From contig JAHRHZ010000268.1 in NCBI GenBank assembly GCA_024137785.1, positions 30,537,466 to 30,601,465 of the forward strand: a stretch of DNA of 64,000 nucleotides. Direction: 5' to 3'. How positions within the stretch are numbered: position 1 is the first letter of the stretch; every line of letters begins with the position of its first letter. The translations under genes and the position numbers were made by a program. The notes beneath the pieces were generated by a model. The model was not told the origin of the DNA. It was given only the letters and a program-made list of their open reading frames with translations, and made no database searches. Below, piece after piece: positions 25,103 to 38,465 of the stretch. This DNA is from Ginglymostoma cirratum. Its lineage: Eukaryota.

Positions 25103-25778
25103 TGACATCCCCACTTTGCCTGTGCAAAGGATTGTCCTGCTGTGCAGTTATGCCCTCACAGGATGAAAGATAAGAGCATTGCCTGCCCTCTATTGAAAAG
25201 CCTGTTGTAGTCAAGGAGAACAAATAGCTGCAGGAGAGAATGCCAGGCATTTTCCCTAAATATGTGGTCACATAGTCTATGACCAGACAAGCTCAGTCAG
25301 TGGAGCTTCAGACAGCACTGTAGGGTGAAGACCTGGCTCCAGTTATCTGTAAACTTTCGTGGACATCTAGAAGGCTGCAAAGAGGCAATAAATAGAATTT
25401 CCTTGTTAGCAGCACTACAAGTTTAAAACAGCAGCTTAGACTGCTCACACTGAAGCTGAGGCAGAAGCAATCCCTGAACACTACTATATTTAAAATGATA
25501 TCTGATGAGGAAATGGCAACCCTCTCACAGCCCTGCATATGAGGAATGGACAGTGATCTCATAAGGTAGTGAGCTATCTGAGAGAAATATTGCAGCTAGC
25601 TCACAAAATATTGGAGGCATGTCAGTATCTGCAAAGTCTGAGTCTATGTCAGCCAGCATTTTAACTGGTCATGGCTGCACAGGGATTCGGTAAGGCTTTA
25701 CAGAACCTGCCGTATCTGCAAAGCTGTGGCAAAACCCAAATTTGCAATGAGACCTGTTTCTATGATTCATGTTAGAGA

Positions 25779-25986
25779 CAAAAAAAATTACAGATGCTGG
25801 AATCCAAAGTAGACAAACAGGAGGCTGGATGAATACAGCAAGCCAGGCAGCTTCTGGAGGGAGGGAGACGTCAACATCTCAGGTATAACAGTCCTGAAGA
25901 AGGGTTATACTCAAAACATTGACTGTTCCTTTCCTCCAGATGCTGCTTGGCTTGCTGTGTTCATCCAGTGTCCTGTCTGTCTACCT
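25779..25986. mobile_element. Palindromic PLE-terminus mini-element
   Basis: Arm agtagacaaacaggaggctggatgaatacagcaagccaggcagc and its complement gctgcttggcttgctgtgttcatccagtgtcctgtctgtctac; centre cCTGAAGAagggttatactcaaaacattgac (decayed hammerhead). Confidence 0.8.
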
Positions 25987-26459
25987 ATGATTCTTGAACT
26001 GGTTTTGGGAAATCATTCAGCCAGGTGTCAGTAGATTATGTGGGTTCCTGTGTGAGGGCATTCAGTATATCCTTATCATCATGGATGTAGCCAACAAGTT
26101 CTTAAAGGCACTAACCTGAGATTCAGTATGGGCTGCCCACTGAGATCCAGTTGGATCAGATGTCAAACTACATGTCCAAAATATTCCAGAAAGTTACGAA
26201 TATACCTGGTTCTAGCAAGCAGAAGTCTTCAGTGTATCAGCCGTGATCACAGGGAGCCCTGGAATTGTACCAGCAGACCCGAATCAAATGGTCAGGGAGT
26301 GTTGCCATAATGAGGAGAAAGTACTTGAAATTTTTCTGTGCGCCACCAGGAATTCACCCAATGAATCCACTGGTTTTACTTCATTTCAATTAATGTACAG
26401 GCACCAAGTGTAAGGGCCTCTGAAACCAATAAATAGACAATCGTAGAAAGCAGGAAAGT

Positions 26460-26576
26460 GGCTGTCATGGTGTAGATGTAGCATCCCTTCCTCTGAGCCA
26501 ATAAAATGAGTTCAAGTCCTACCTGCTTCACCATTGTGACATAATATCTCTGAACAGGTTGATTAAAAATTATCTA
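26460..26576 (+). mobile_element. Short tRNA-derived SINE (about 120 bp)
   Basis: catggtgtagatg A-like box, gagttcaagtcc B box, end ctgaacaggttgatta; matches the reverse complement of 40400-40511. Confidence 0.65.
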
Positions 26577-28116
26577 GACTAGAAGGAAGAAATCTCCATG
26601 TTACTCCACAAAGCAGAGTTTTGAGATGACTCAAGAAAACAGTTGAAAATCTGCCGAGTAAGAGGCGAAAGGCAGACAGACATGCCATGACTCAAACTTT
26701 CCAGCCAGGAGGCTACATGTTAGTTTTCCTACCAACACCAGGTGAACTGATTAAGGCCCAGTTCAGTGGTTTGTAGCCAGTAAGCTTAGGGAAGTGAATA
26801 ATTTGATTGGGACCTCAGATCATGGAAAAAAGCAAAGGCTTTGTCATGATAACATGGAAAATACAGTCAACTGACCCAGTGGTCAATTTCACAAACAGTG
26901 AATTCACTATGGCCGAAATGACCTCCGTAGGGCACAAAATGGGTTAGAGAGAGGTATTGCACAGGACTGCAAAGGTAGAAGCAGTAGCATAGTCCTCATA
27001 CTCCCATAACAAAATGGGAAATCATGACAATCTTGGGAATATGTGGGTGCTACTGAAAATTTGACACAAACTTCAGCACGGTAGCCATACTGCAGACGGA
27101 TGTACTACAAAAAAAACAAAGGCAGTACAAATTAAGAAATGCCAAATTGTTTTGAATAATTGAAACCCAGTTTAATAATGAGCCTGTGTTTGCAACTCCA
27201 AACTTTGGTCAAGCGTTTAAAGAAGCCATTGATCCCAGTGACATCAGACTAGAGATGTTTTCTCGTTCAGGAATATCAACCCAGAATAGACTCCAACTGC
27301 ATGCTTTTTCAAAAACTAAGTAACCAGCAGTCATCCACAGTATAGAAGGAAAGTTTTACTTTGCAATCAGCTCTGAAATACCTTGATTTTATATAGAAAA
27401 ATAGGTATATGTTCAAAAGTAAAACAGAGAAACCACAGTCTATACTAACTACAACATATTAAATTTTCTGGAGAAGTTTAAAATCCAAAATTCCAGATTA
27501 TTCTGTTGGAGCTTGTTCCTTAAATATACCAGGTAAAAGTCACCCACATTATCAGGATTGAAGACACCCTTTCTAGACTTAGAGAAAGCCAGTTAGAGCT
27601 GCAAGATAATATTGACCAGAGGGTAAGAGAATTGAATTATATTGAATATATTCAAGGCTGCATTTAGCAGATCTTAGGGGAGTAAAAGGTAATAGAGCAG
27701 GAAAGAAAAGTCAAGGTTCACAAATCAGATCCACAGTGATCTTATTGAGTGGCAAAGCAGGATTGAGAGGTCAATTCAACTATTCCTGTTGCTATTTCTT
27801 GTGTTCTCATGATGAAGTGTCACAACAGTGTTCGCTAGATAATAGTCAGAAGCAGGAAACTTGACCGATTTTTCTCTTCTTTGCCAGAGTTGAAGAAATG
27901 TAATCTTCTTATCATGAACAGAAAATAACTGAGCTCAGATTAGATGTCAAACCTGAAACCATCCTGGTTATAATACAATGCAGTACGTTAAAGTTTTGGG
28001 GATCTCCTACTTCAAGTTATTTGATGCTGAATTGTACATTTCTCGGGTGACATCTTAGTGCAACATGCATTGGCTTGGAGTCTTTTCTTCTGACCTATTC
28101 TGAATAATAAGCATTA

Positions 28117-28703
28117 TAGAGTCATATTTTCATACAGCATGGAAACAGACCCTTCGTTCGAACCAGTCCACACTGACCAAGTCCCCAAACTGAACTAGTC
28201 CCACCTGCCTGTGCTTGGCCCATATCACTCCAAACCTTTCCTATTCTTGAACTTATCCAAATGTCTTTTAAATGTTTTAACTTTACCTGCATCAAACACT
28301 TTCTCTGGCAGCTCATTCTAAACATGTACCCAGCTCTGTGTAAAAAAAGTTGCCCCTCATGTCCTCTTTAAATCTTTCTCCTGTAACCCCCTTAAAAAAT
28401 GCCCTTTTGATTTGAACTAGTTTTGAAAAGGGCCTTGTCGTTCAACTTATATATGACCCTCATGATTTTATAAATCTCAATAAAATCATCCGTCAACTTC
28501 CTACACTCCAGTGGAAAAATGTCCCAGCCTTTCCAGTCTATGTTTACATATCAAATCTTCCATTCCTGGCAACATCCTGGTAAATCTTTTCTAAATCCTC
28601 TCCAGTTTAATAATACCCTTCCTATAACAGGGTGACCAGAACTGCAGACAGTATTCTAGAAGAGGCCTCACCAACATTCTGTACAATTTCAACATGATGC
28701 CCA
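28117..28703 (-). mobile_element. CR1 3' fragment
   Basis: MLKLYRMLVRPLLEYCLQFWSPCYRKGIIKLERI plus 3' UTR like 24900-25100. Confidence 0.9.
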
Positions 28704-28773
28704 GAAAAGTGTTACATTGTAAAATTTCAGAATCTCTTTTAAGAGACACTTGTAACATAAGATTTTGCTGGAA

Positions 28774-28944
28774 TTTTTTTTTTATTTTATTCACAGGATG
28801 TGGACATAGGCCAGCATTCATTGCCCCTCCTTATTTGTCCAGAGGGCAGTTGAGAATTGGCCACATTGTTGTGGGTCTGGAGTCACATGTATGCCAGACC
28901 AGGTAAGGAAGGCAGTTTCCTTTCCTGAAGTACATTAGTGAAAC
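28774..28944 (-). mobile_element. Fragment of the SINE sharing both ends with the Zenon-like LINE
   Basis: LINE 3' tail (ggatgtgg...ggccagcattcattgccc) is joined directly to sequence matching LINE 5' region 3566-3660 (ccacattgttgtgggtctggagtc...cattagtgaa). Confidence 0.8.
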
Positions 28945-30111
28945 ATTTATATAAAATAGCTTACAAATTGGAAAAATTATAGCCAAGAAATTGGACCATA
29001 CCTTGATAAGAGTGTGATCTTGACGCAGAGTATGACGTAACCACCTATAAGGTCGACAGCAAGACTATAGGAAATTGATCAAATGACCTTATCAGTTTAA
29101 GAGCATAAGACTTAATAATTTAAGAAATAGTTGTTTGAGTGAACCACTTGCTTGTCTCATTTAAGTTATCGATAGAGATTATAAATAGTTGACGTCAAAT
29201 ACTGATCCTTGCTTTATCCTGCTAGTTATGATTTGCCAATCCAAAAATATTTATTCCTACTCTCTGTTATCTGTCTGTTAACCCATTTTCAGTTTATGTT
29301 TTTATTTAACTTATGTAAATATATTATCAGAGAGCTAGCAAATAGAATTCACATTAGAAACATGAAGGTCTATAAAATGGTAACATTGCTAATGAATTTC
29401 CAGGTCTATGCTTTTTATGAAAGGTTCAGTAACATCATACCTAATATTTAAGCAAGTGCAAGAAGATTCAACAATCTGCTAATCATGTTTTCAGAAAGTG
29501 TCTGGTTGGCTAAACACTCAAGTTAGATGAGAAGTTTTACAAGGGACTATATTTTCTATTTTATTCATCTCTCAATTAAATAAACCACTTCCTGGAGACT
29601 AGTGTCAATTGTTTACTTCTTTTGGCATACTACTTTTTTCATTGCCCAAAGTCATTTATGCAACAAATGTTTGTACTGCAGAATGTTTTGAAACACCATA
29701 ATATAGTTGCGAGACAAAGTAAATGCAATTCAATTTCACAAAAACAATGCCAGAAAAATCACAAAATTTGGAATCTCCATAATTCAATGCTTTGAGGTTC
29801 TTTTAGTTTTAATACTTTTTGCAGTAATAAGGAATTAGAAGCAATTTTAATTGCTTAGTATTATTTTGATTATATTTTTCAACAAAATGTTTTGCAGCCT
29901 TATGCAGGCAATTGTTTCTGAACCTTTCTGCTGTCATCAGTTTCAAGCGGGATACTCTTCGGCCAGCTATGCTACTGCTGTTTGTAGTGATAATGATTGT
30001 CAAGCAATTGTACAATTGCATTTTTTTCTGAAGAATTAAGTGAAGCAGCCAAATTCCATCAAACTAGCAAAGTTGAAAAAAGTGTGAAAGAAAGAGGAAG
30101 TAAAATGTTTC

Positions 30112-30465
30112 TCTTTATATAGGCAGTCCCTGGGAAATCAAAGATGACTTTCATCTGCTCTGGTTTGATAGGAGTTGAGATGGCTTTTAAATCCAATCCA
30201 CAACCTGTAAACTCTGTAACATGATGGCATGGGTAGGACTTGGAGCGCTTGGGTAGATAAGTTATTCAAAGGTGTGTGCACCCTCTCTGATGCATTGACT
30301 TGCCATATGTACATTTTTTTGATGAGGTCTCTTGATATATTTGTTGCCCTTGTGAACAGACCTTCTCTATTTTGTTCAATCATAAGCTAGGGACTCTCAT
30401 GAGTTAATAGGGATGTTTACTCCATTCAGGAATGCTTTGAAGACAGCCATAAACTTTTTCCATTA
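30112..30465 (-). mobile_element. RTE-clade LINE 3' fragment
   Basis: taggcagtccct...gatgacttt and gctagggactctcatgag...gctttgaagacagcc (antisense K..L..C.I....ES LA motif); similar to 52415-52805. Confidence 0.6.
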
Positions 30466-31597
30466 ACAATAATGTAGTCACATGCTTGGATTTTACAAGC
30501 CTGTAGTTTTCAGGAATTATTTGTGCAGCTTGAGGTCTTAAAAAGAATGAGCTAGTTTAATAAACTTCAAAATGTGTCTTAATTATGTAGGAATAAAAAA
30601 CAAGATCATACACAAATATATATCAGTCTGAACACTCAAGTTTATAGTTAAAGATTAATTTCTATTTAAACGTTAATATAAACTTATATCATGAGTAAAG
30701 CATGAGTTGTGAGAAACTAACATAGCATATTTGCAAAATATTCTTATGCAAATTGAACCTAGGATTTCAACATATATTTGGAAGTATTCCTGGAGAATTT
30801 ATCACATTTTATCCCATTGAACCCATTTTCCAATCAATTGAAGAGGAATTTCCCATCTACACTTAAATCAAATAATAAATGAAAGAAAATGAGGGAGACA
30901 TTTTTTATGTGTCTATAGTTTTTCTCTTCATTTTCTGACAGCGGTGCACGGGAGATTAATCTGTAAATTTTTGTAGACTTCTTGACAACCCCTGAGAATT
31001 GACAACCGTAATTGTACCTGATTTCATAAGAGGAACTTTCCAGTCTAAGTGCTAAAGCAGCAGGCTGTCAGAGCACTGGATGTATCATTTACCAAAAATT
31101 GGGGCCCATTCTGGTTTTTCAAGATCAGACTCACACCCATAACAAGTTCTGCAGAGAAATAGAGCCTGCTGTCTTGGTGGAAATTCAGTTTTGGAGTTTT
31201 TAATGCCAGTTATTTAAGTATGTTATGATTATTTTTTGCTGATCATAAAAGGAGAAATATCTATAGCAAGGAGTAAGTCACACCATTTTCTGAAGTAATC
31301 TTAAAGATTGTTTTACCTGAAGTGCAAAAAGCCAAGCTGTTTGCCTTGGCTTCTTTAACATTACCTTCTGTGGAGAAATGTGCATGCAACATAGAAATGC
31401 AAGTGATTACTGTCTCAAACTTACAGAGCACCTGAAGTCAGGTAATGAAAATGTTAATAGTTTCATGATATCCACCAGCACTAACTAGTGGTACACTATA
31501 TCAGTTGATTTGGTAAAGTGTGCATGCCAGTTTTATCTTGCCCTGACTGAAGCTAAACCAAAGAAAGCAGCTTTTCCTACCTTCATATATTAACTCA

Positions 31598-31817
31598 GAA
31601 AGGTCAGCCAGATAGACATCATCGATATGAGTTCCCTGATCAGTGTTGTTAATGTAGTTCAGTCAGGAAGTCCCAGCTGACAGATATAAACAAGTGTCAG
31701 GAGCTCTGTTTACTCTGGGAGCCAGCTTTGAGTTAGCTGGGACAGCACATGTGCTATGCATGTGTAAATAAAGGGAGACTTGGTGATGGGATACCAGTCA
31801 TTGTGGAATTATTTCAG
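31598..31817 (+). mobile_element. Short solo LTR, family A
   Basis: tatgagttccctgat...cagatataaa...gtaaataaagggagacttggtgatgggatacc...gaattatttca matches 9803-10037. Confidence 0.75.
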
Positions 31818-31964
31818 ATGTAATAATGAAATAACGCGCAAGTTACCTTTTATCTTGTGAATAGGTTTTGTTGATTATTCTGTCACCCAGCTAATACCAT
31901 TCTGCTTATTGTCTGCTTCCTCTTCATGGAGATTTTTGTTTCATATCATCCTATCTGGATTTGT

Positions 31965-32225
31965 TCTGACATATATCTGTGACATTGGGACTTGAACCCT
32001 GACATATGAACACTACCACTGCACTACAAGAGCCTTAAGTAATTCCCAAAGCAGGTCTTGAAACCCAGACCTGTAGAGTATAATTGTAATATGTTACTAA
32101 CTGAGCTATTCCAGCTCATGAGTTGAGTTACTGTTCCACCAACTGCTTTAGTGGGATCTGATTCCATGATCAGAGCATTAGTTTCTGTATTACTGGTCTA
32201 GTGACAGTAAAATTGTACCACCTTG
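31965..32225 (-). repeat. Cluster of three decayed tRNA-derived SINE heads
   Basis: Antisense B-box-like gggacttgaacc, ggtcttgaaaccc and gggatctgattcc, each followed by A-box-like remnants (actaccactgcactac, tactaactgagcta). Confidence 0.5.
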
Positions 32226-32299
32226 GCACAAGTACTTTCTCTTTACATCGACTCATCAATCAATTAATCCCAGACAGCAGCATTCGTTCTTATTATTCT

Positions 32300-32720
32300 A
32301 ATAGTTTATAGTATTTATTTATTCATAGCAATTTATTGTCACCGGTATTTATGAAAATACGGTGAGATATGTGTAAGTCACCACAATTTGGTGTCATTTT
32401 AATTACAGAAATTACAAAATGAAATTGCTGGGACAAAGTTAAGATAAAGTTCATATTTTGTTTCCTCCATGGCTCTGGTGTTTCTGAAGTGGCGATGGGA
32501 CACTGTTGCCGAAGCTGCCCCTGAGGCTGACAAAGCAAGGATTTCCAGACCTGACCCACCATCACTGAAACCAACACTGAAGACACTGCATCGTCACCAT
32601 CGCAAGGAGGGACAGACTGGACCCACCATGTTGCCAATGCTGAAGCGATCGCTCAAGCCATAACCACTCCTGTCAGTGCCCGAAGCTACCACATTGCTGC
32701 CTTGGCCATAATTTCCCCGC
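32300..32720 (-). mobile_element. Non-autonomous retroposon with Rex1-like tail
   Basis: Reverse complement has a GC-rich body, then aaaatgacacc...tggtgac...ggtgacaataaa, parallel to 10805-10890. Confidence 0.5.
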
Positions 32721-34739
32721 TTCTTTTCAAATAAATTTTCCAAAGACTTACTAACAGGCCTCGAAGAGAAACTGATGAAAAGTAAACAACTTTTCAAAAT
32801 TATTATACCTTTCATAATATAACCTTCCATAATTGTGTCCCCCACTGTTTATTGAAAGAAGGAAAAACATTATAACATGTTTAAAAGCAACATGAAGATA
32901 AACATCCTTAATATTCATATAATTTTTCGTATGATCAGGTGCATCCCATGATCTCCCAATAATATCCTTGAACAAGCACATTGTTTTGAGAAAGTGTAAC
33001 AATTGGTGACTAAATATCTTTCATGGAATTTGGAAAAGTCCTTTCAGAAGAGAGAATAACTTCAACATTTAGTCAGAGAACAATGACTGTGGGCCCCTAT
33101 GGTGTGAATGGAAAATGTTTATAATACTGTGAGTTTGTGATAGGTAAACACCATATTATAACCATTTTTGGTTTAGAAGAATCTAGGATGAGCAAGATAT
33201 TTTAATAAAATCAGTTTTAAAAAATCAGCATTGCATTTAGAGCAAGTTTAGTTTACCTTGTAGAAAGACTTTAGAGAAGCTCAGGATCAAGTTCCTCAGA
33301 GACATGTTTGGTTTGTGAAATTTCCAAACCAGTAGAGTCCAGCAATAAATTTACAGGTAATTTGAACTGTGAAAGTCTGCACTCTTGGATTTGTCACAAA
33401 GTTCATGTTGGCAAATTTGGAAATAACTTATTAAATTGGCTCCATTATCCAAGCAATGAAACTAATAGGAGTCAGTTAAGTCAAATCCTATAGAGCTAAG
33501 GCAGGAAAGTAATTTCTCTGGATTTGAGCTTCTGTAATTGATCGTGTCAGTGTTGAAACTTTGTGTTGTTGTCTGTTTTATATATTTTATATTTAGAAGG
33601 CTTTTTAAAAATGTCTACATTTGTGTAATAAAATTCCATGCTGTTAATTACCGCCTTGTGTGAATATATGACCATGTTAAGAAAGGAATGACTATTACAG
33701 CAGGTTTCATTTTGGAATCTGGCTTGTCCAGTAATGCCATGAAGTGTGATCAAAACAAGTTTAATCATTCAACTCTTGTCAGAGATATCTTTTGTCAGGT
33801 GTTAACTGACTAAATGAACAATTTTCCATGTAACATTCTATAAGCAATTTCTTTTCAGATTGCTCTTGTATAATATTTCCTTCAGTATATTAGAAAAGTA
33901 AACCACCATATCTCTTGCTTCTTGGTGCCAGGGTTTCAGTGGCTAAGGCACTTTTAATGATCAATTTTATTTTCTTGGCTTCCCAGACTAACGTACCAGA
34001 TTTATTATTCTTTTCTACCAGAACATAATAAGGCCTGCCATATTAGAATATCCATCCAGAAGTTTGGAATATGCCTTATTACTGAAAAGGACTTGCTTCA
34101 TTCCTCTGGGTCATTCAAGGCTAGAAACTGAATTTTTCTGCATTTAATTTCTTCAACATTTTATTTGCTCTTAAGACTTCCTTGACAGTAACATGTTTCA
34201 TCATAGCAATTAGTTCCAATACATCACAATGAACATCAGGTCTCATCTGAATACATTACCAGTTTAACTGTCCAATCACAAGTCTTAAGCAAGCTGTTTG
34301 CTTTCCTGGATACAAAATAATTTTTCTTTGACGACCTGGGTAGATTTATTGGGATGTGACATTTTCCTCACTTTCCCAGGAAGACCGTGTATCTTAATTA
34401 ATTTTGCTTAATATCTAAGGTTCTGTATGTATAGCCCGCAAAGGCGGACTTCCAGTCCAAATTTCCTATTTTCATTTTATTCATCCATCTGTGAAAGGAG
34501 ATTCTGTTTCTGCTAATGCTTCAGCAAAGCTACAGCAACATAGCGATAATGGATCCAAAGAAGCCCACCCTCAAAATAAAGCAGACCTTTTCTTTACTTG
34601 TTTTATTGCATTTTCAATTAATCATACCTAAACAATAGTTTATTATATTGATAAATGTCAGTATCATGCATATAGCTCTTTAATGTGTCTAAATGGAAAG
34701 ATTTTGCAATTGTCATACCAATGGATCAGAACCCTGAAG

Positions 34740-35723
34740 TACTATGGTATTTTAAACTTTTAACTTTTAACTCCAAAACTGATTTTTAGAGAAATCTGCT
34801 GCAGCTAAAAAAAAGTTAATGCTAATGTAAATGCAGTTTCTGTTTGGCAAAGTTCTGTGTGGGCCCCATGAGATAGTGTACCTGGGAAGGATCAGGAAAC
34901 CTTCAAACAGTGAGAGAACTGTAATGAGAAGAGACAATGCAAGGGCTGACAATCTACCCCCTCTCAGCAGAAAGCCACCTCATGTAGAATGTTTGTCTTT
35001 TGAGGGCTAGGAACATTTACAAGAAGGGTTTAAACCTGATTGCAACATTAGTCTGTGAGTCTTATAGGCCTAAAATCTGATACTGTGGACTAGTATGCTG
35101 TTAGGGCCACAGCTGTGACAACAGTGTTGTGAGCACCCCTGCACTGCAGGTAAGGTAAAAGAATAACACTCACACATACTGAGTGCTGCCAGTCAGCACT
35201 GCTATAAGGAATCATGACAATAGTGGTACAATCAATCTACAAAGCCAAGAATCTCAAAATCGAATGTCCAACTATCAAGAGCAATGGTACTAGTAACATT
35301 CACTGTAATGGCTGCAAAATTCAACTGTCTGTTCTCCACACACAATCCAGAGATTGATATCTCACTTGTTCACAAATTTTATATTTTAAACTTCTCTCTT
35401 GTTTTGAACCTTAGTATATTTCCGTTGCATTACTCTTTCTTTGTGTGTTTAATGATTAGTAAATTGAGTTACTTTGTCAATTCAAGAAAGACTGCTTAAA
35501 TTGGCTTTTTCTAAAGCATAAATTCATATGTGTCCAGGAGAAAGGTATCCACAAGGGAAGGGACTCCTTTTAAAATTAACCTTGTTGCGACCAATCAGGA
35601 ATGTGGATGAATAAACAAGGGGAGGCAGTTTAACCCTTCACACTCAGAAGCTTAACAGTTTGAGGTATCCCATTTGGAATTGTAACAAATCGGAAGACTT
35701 TGCCCCGGTTGAATCAGAACACA
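34740..35723 (+). mobile_element. Solo LTR, Gmr1-like family
   Basis: 35300-35723 aligns by eye with 1-401 (ttctccaca...cagaa, tcaagaaag, ccacaaggga, cacactcag...tgaggtatcc); ends ...aacaCA. Left boundary uncertain. Confidence 0.6.
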
Positions 35724-36129
35724 ATAATTGACAAACTTCAATATTCACAAGGTGCAATGACTATATTTGTCCAATAAAAAATGTTTCATATTTTTTTAAC
35801 CCTAATGAAGAAATAAGGGTAAAATCTCAATAGAGGCTTTAATATTTACTCTTTTGTTTCCACCTAAAACATTAAAGTCTTCCATACTTTGTTCCTTTCA
35901 GGAGCATAATGAACATGAATGTAAAGGAATACAAATATACATTTTATGCAAACATAATTCACACCTTTCTTTGATGTAAATGAATGCAGGGCATTTATAC
36001 TGTGATTTATTTGAGCATCTTGACATCATGTGACTGTTCCTCCAAATTGAAATGTGGAGGAGATTATCATCATATTGATTGGAAATGAATCATCACTGAC
36101 ATAACACAGAAAGAGAATTAAACAGGAGG

Positions 36130-36208
36130 ACTGCAGAAACAAAAACTGAAATTGCTTGAAAAACTCAGCAGCTTTGGCAGCATCTGCTGGGAGAAAGCAG
36201 AGTTAATG
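36130..36208 (-). mobile_element. PLE-terminus mini-element fragment
   Basis: aaacaaaaactgaaattgct...aactcagcagctttggcagcatctg...gcagagttaa. Confidence 0.7.
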
Positions 36209-37889
36209 GGGTGACTGCATGATCTTTATTAAACGTACTGGATTTTCTTTCCATCGATTTTAATTTAGATAATACATCCTCCTTACAAAGTTACTGTCTG
36301 TGCTCCATCCAGGTGATAGCTAATGCCTAGGTGATAAAGAGAACAGCGTCCCCCTGTAAGTTTCTGATTTACTTTGATAGAACTGTTTCTGTAGTGTGCA
36401 AGACAACAGACTCAAAGTATGAGTATCTCTTCACAACAAGATTTCCTACGGTTAAAAGACAAGCATTTTGAATTTTCAATTTGAACCAATGATTGTTACT
36501 TTACTAAGGAAAATTGTAAGTCGTGAAAGAAGCCGAATGAAATAGAATCATGATTTATTCAATTGAGAGTTATATGTAATAAGAATGCCTTTACCAGTAG
36601 AAGGCAGCCAAAGCAATATATTATCTGTAGCCTGAGAACATGATGGTGAAATAGATTGATTCATTATATGAATACACTCTCATTTTGTGCTATATGGAAG
36701 ATTGCTCATAGATATTAAACGTTAATTATAGTCGTTTAGTCAATAAAATGTTTGAGGATTACTCACACTTTAAAGACTCAAAGCAATAAACTTATAGTGC
36801 TGATGGTTTAATGCTGCCATTATTTTGATGTTGTTTTAGTACATTTCAAACTGTTGCATACAAATATATGCATTAGGAGCAAGAGTAGGAGTATGAATCT
36901 GAAATGTAGACAGTATTCTGGAAGAGATCTCACCGAAGCTTTACAGAACCTTTTCAAAACATCTTTACTTTTACATTACATTCCACTTGAAATAAGAAAA
37001 ACATTCCACTTGCCATCCGTATAACCTGCTGTATTTATACCATTACCTTTTGTGATGCATATACCAAAACCTGCTAGAACAGACTAGAACACAAGTTGCA
37101 CACTATTGTAAGATTTGAAGAAGCCACAACATAGTGTTTCAAATATGAATGTTGTAAGATTGTTATTTTTGGAAGAAGTTCAGAGGCAGATAGACAGGCT
37201 GCTGGACGCAGAGAGAGGCTGCTTCAGTGGTCTGCTTTGGTATTATGGGACTTCATTTCCATTTTAATAAAAACTGAAAAGCCTTCCAGCCCTGACTGCT
37301 CACATTCCATGCATTCTAATACACTGCCATGCCTCATCCATTCCCCCACATGTTCTCGCCTACACCCATGGTCTTCATGCCCTGATGCCAAGCTTGGCCC
37401 ACACATCCACACTCCTAACGTGAATCTCTCATGTTTCCTGCACACAGTATTCACCCATATACTCCATATGACTCCTCATGTACATCAGGCCAAACTATGT
37501 TCCCCACTCAAAATCTATGACCCTCATTCCCCCAAGATAGGCTGTGACACCTCCATACCCATTTATTCATTATACACTCAACAGAAGCAATGAATGCTGT
37601 AGGGACTGTAGTAATTCTATAAAATTTCTTTCATTGATAACTTTCAAGTTTCTGTTAAAAATCGTCTTCACTTTATGTATGCCAATCATCCAGATTCTTA
37701 AAAATATCAATAGTTGAAACTGCAACCACTTGAAATCTCTTAACCTTGTGTAAATAAATATTGTGAAATTGCAATAGTGATCAGAGAACCGGAGCTGTCA
37801 ATCAAATAATGTTTTCCTTAGTGCTCATGTGTTTCAAAACAGTAATAGATTTCTGGGATCAGTCAAAAATACATAATGAGGCTTAGCTG

Positions 37890-38465
37890 AGAGCATAGAC
37901 ATTTATTACTCCCTTGAAATGTCTGAAGACTGCTTGATTTAACACTGGTGAGACGACATCTGAAGCATTTTGTGCAATTCTGGTCCCTTTGCCAAAGGAA
38001 GGATACAGTTGTCACAGACAGAATGCAGTGGACATTCATCTGACTGATTCCTGTTATGATGGGGCTGTTTTATGATGAAAAATTGAACATAATTTCTCAA
38101 ACCATCAGAGTTTAGAAGAATGAAAGGCAATCACATTGAAACTTTGAAAATTCTTAAAGGACTAAACAAGTTTGATTAAAAAAAATGCATCCCCCAGCCG
38201 TGAGGTGTGGAACCAGAGTACTGTACAAAATCTCGCTTAAAAAGGCAAGCCCTTGGGCTAATACGAGAATGAGTTCTTCATTTGTACGGTTGTGGAAACT
38301 CAATAATTCATTAAGTTAAATACAGAGATCAATAGTTTTCTAGATACTGATTACATTCAGGGACATGAAGATAAGCTGGAAATATGGCATTCAGCCGTGA
38401 CCTAGAGTGGAGGAACACGAACAAGGAGTTGAATAGCTTACTCTTACTATAATGTTCATTGTCTC
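37890..38465 (+). mobile_element. Old CR1 3' fragment
   Basis: acactggtgagacgacatctgaagcattttgtgcaattctggtcccc (TLVR.HL..FVQFWSP). Confidence 0.7.

Larger units (their letters stand above)
23400..27590 (+). mobile_element. Decayed Gmr1-like Gypsy internal region: gag knuckle, PR, IN, partial RT, RNase H
   Basis: CFNCCKIGHAQANC (~23526); DLVSGPVTAG (~23810); REILQLAH...QHFNWSWLHRD...TCRIC (~25580); YGLPTEIQLDQ, NESTGFTSFQLMYRHQV*GPL, RLCHDNM (IN, 26070-26860); LGICGCY*KFDTNFS, PVFATPNF...AIDPSD, VYTNYNIL...RLFCWSL (RT end and RH). Confidence 0.88.

Noticed and set aside
32469-32663. GC-richer ORF (MALVFLKWRW...) that looks like an exon
   Set aside because: No recognisable protein or splice pair; it lies in a minus-strand repeat with a Rex1-like tail.
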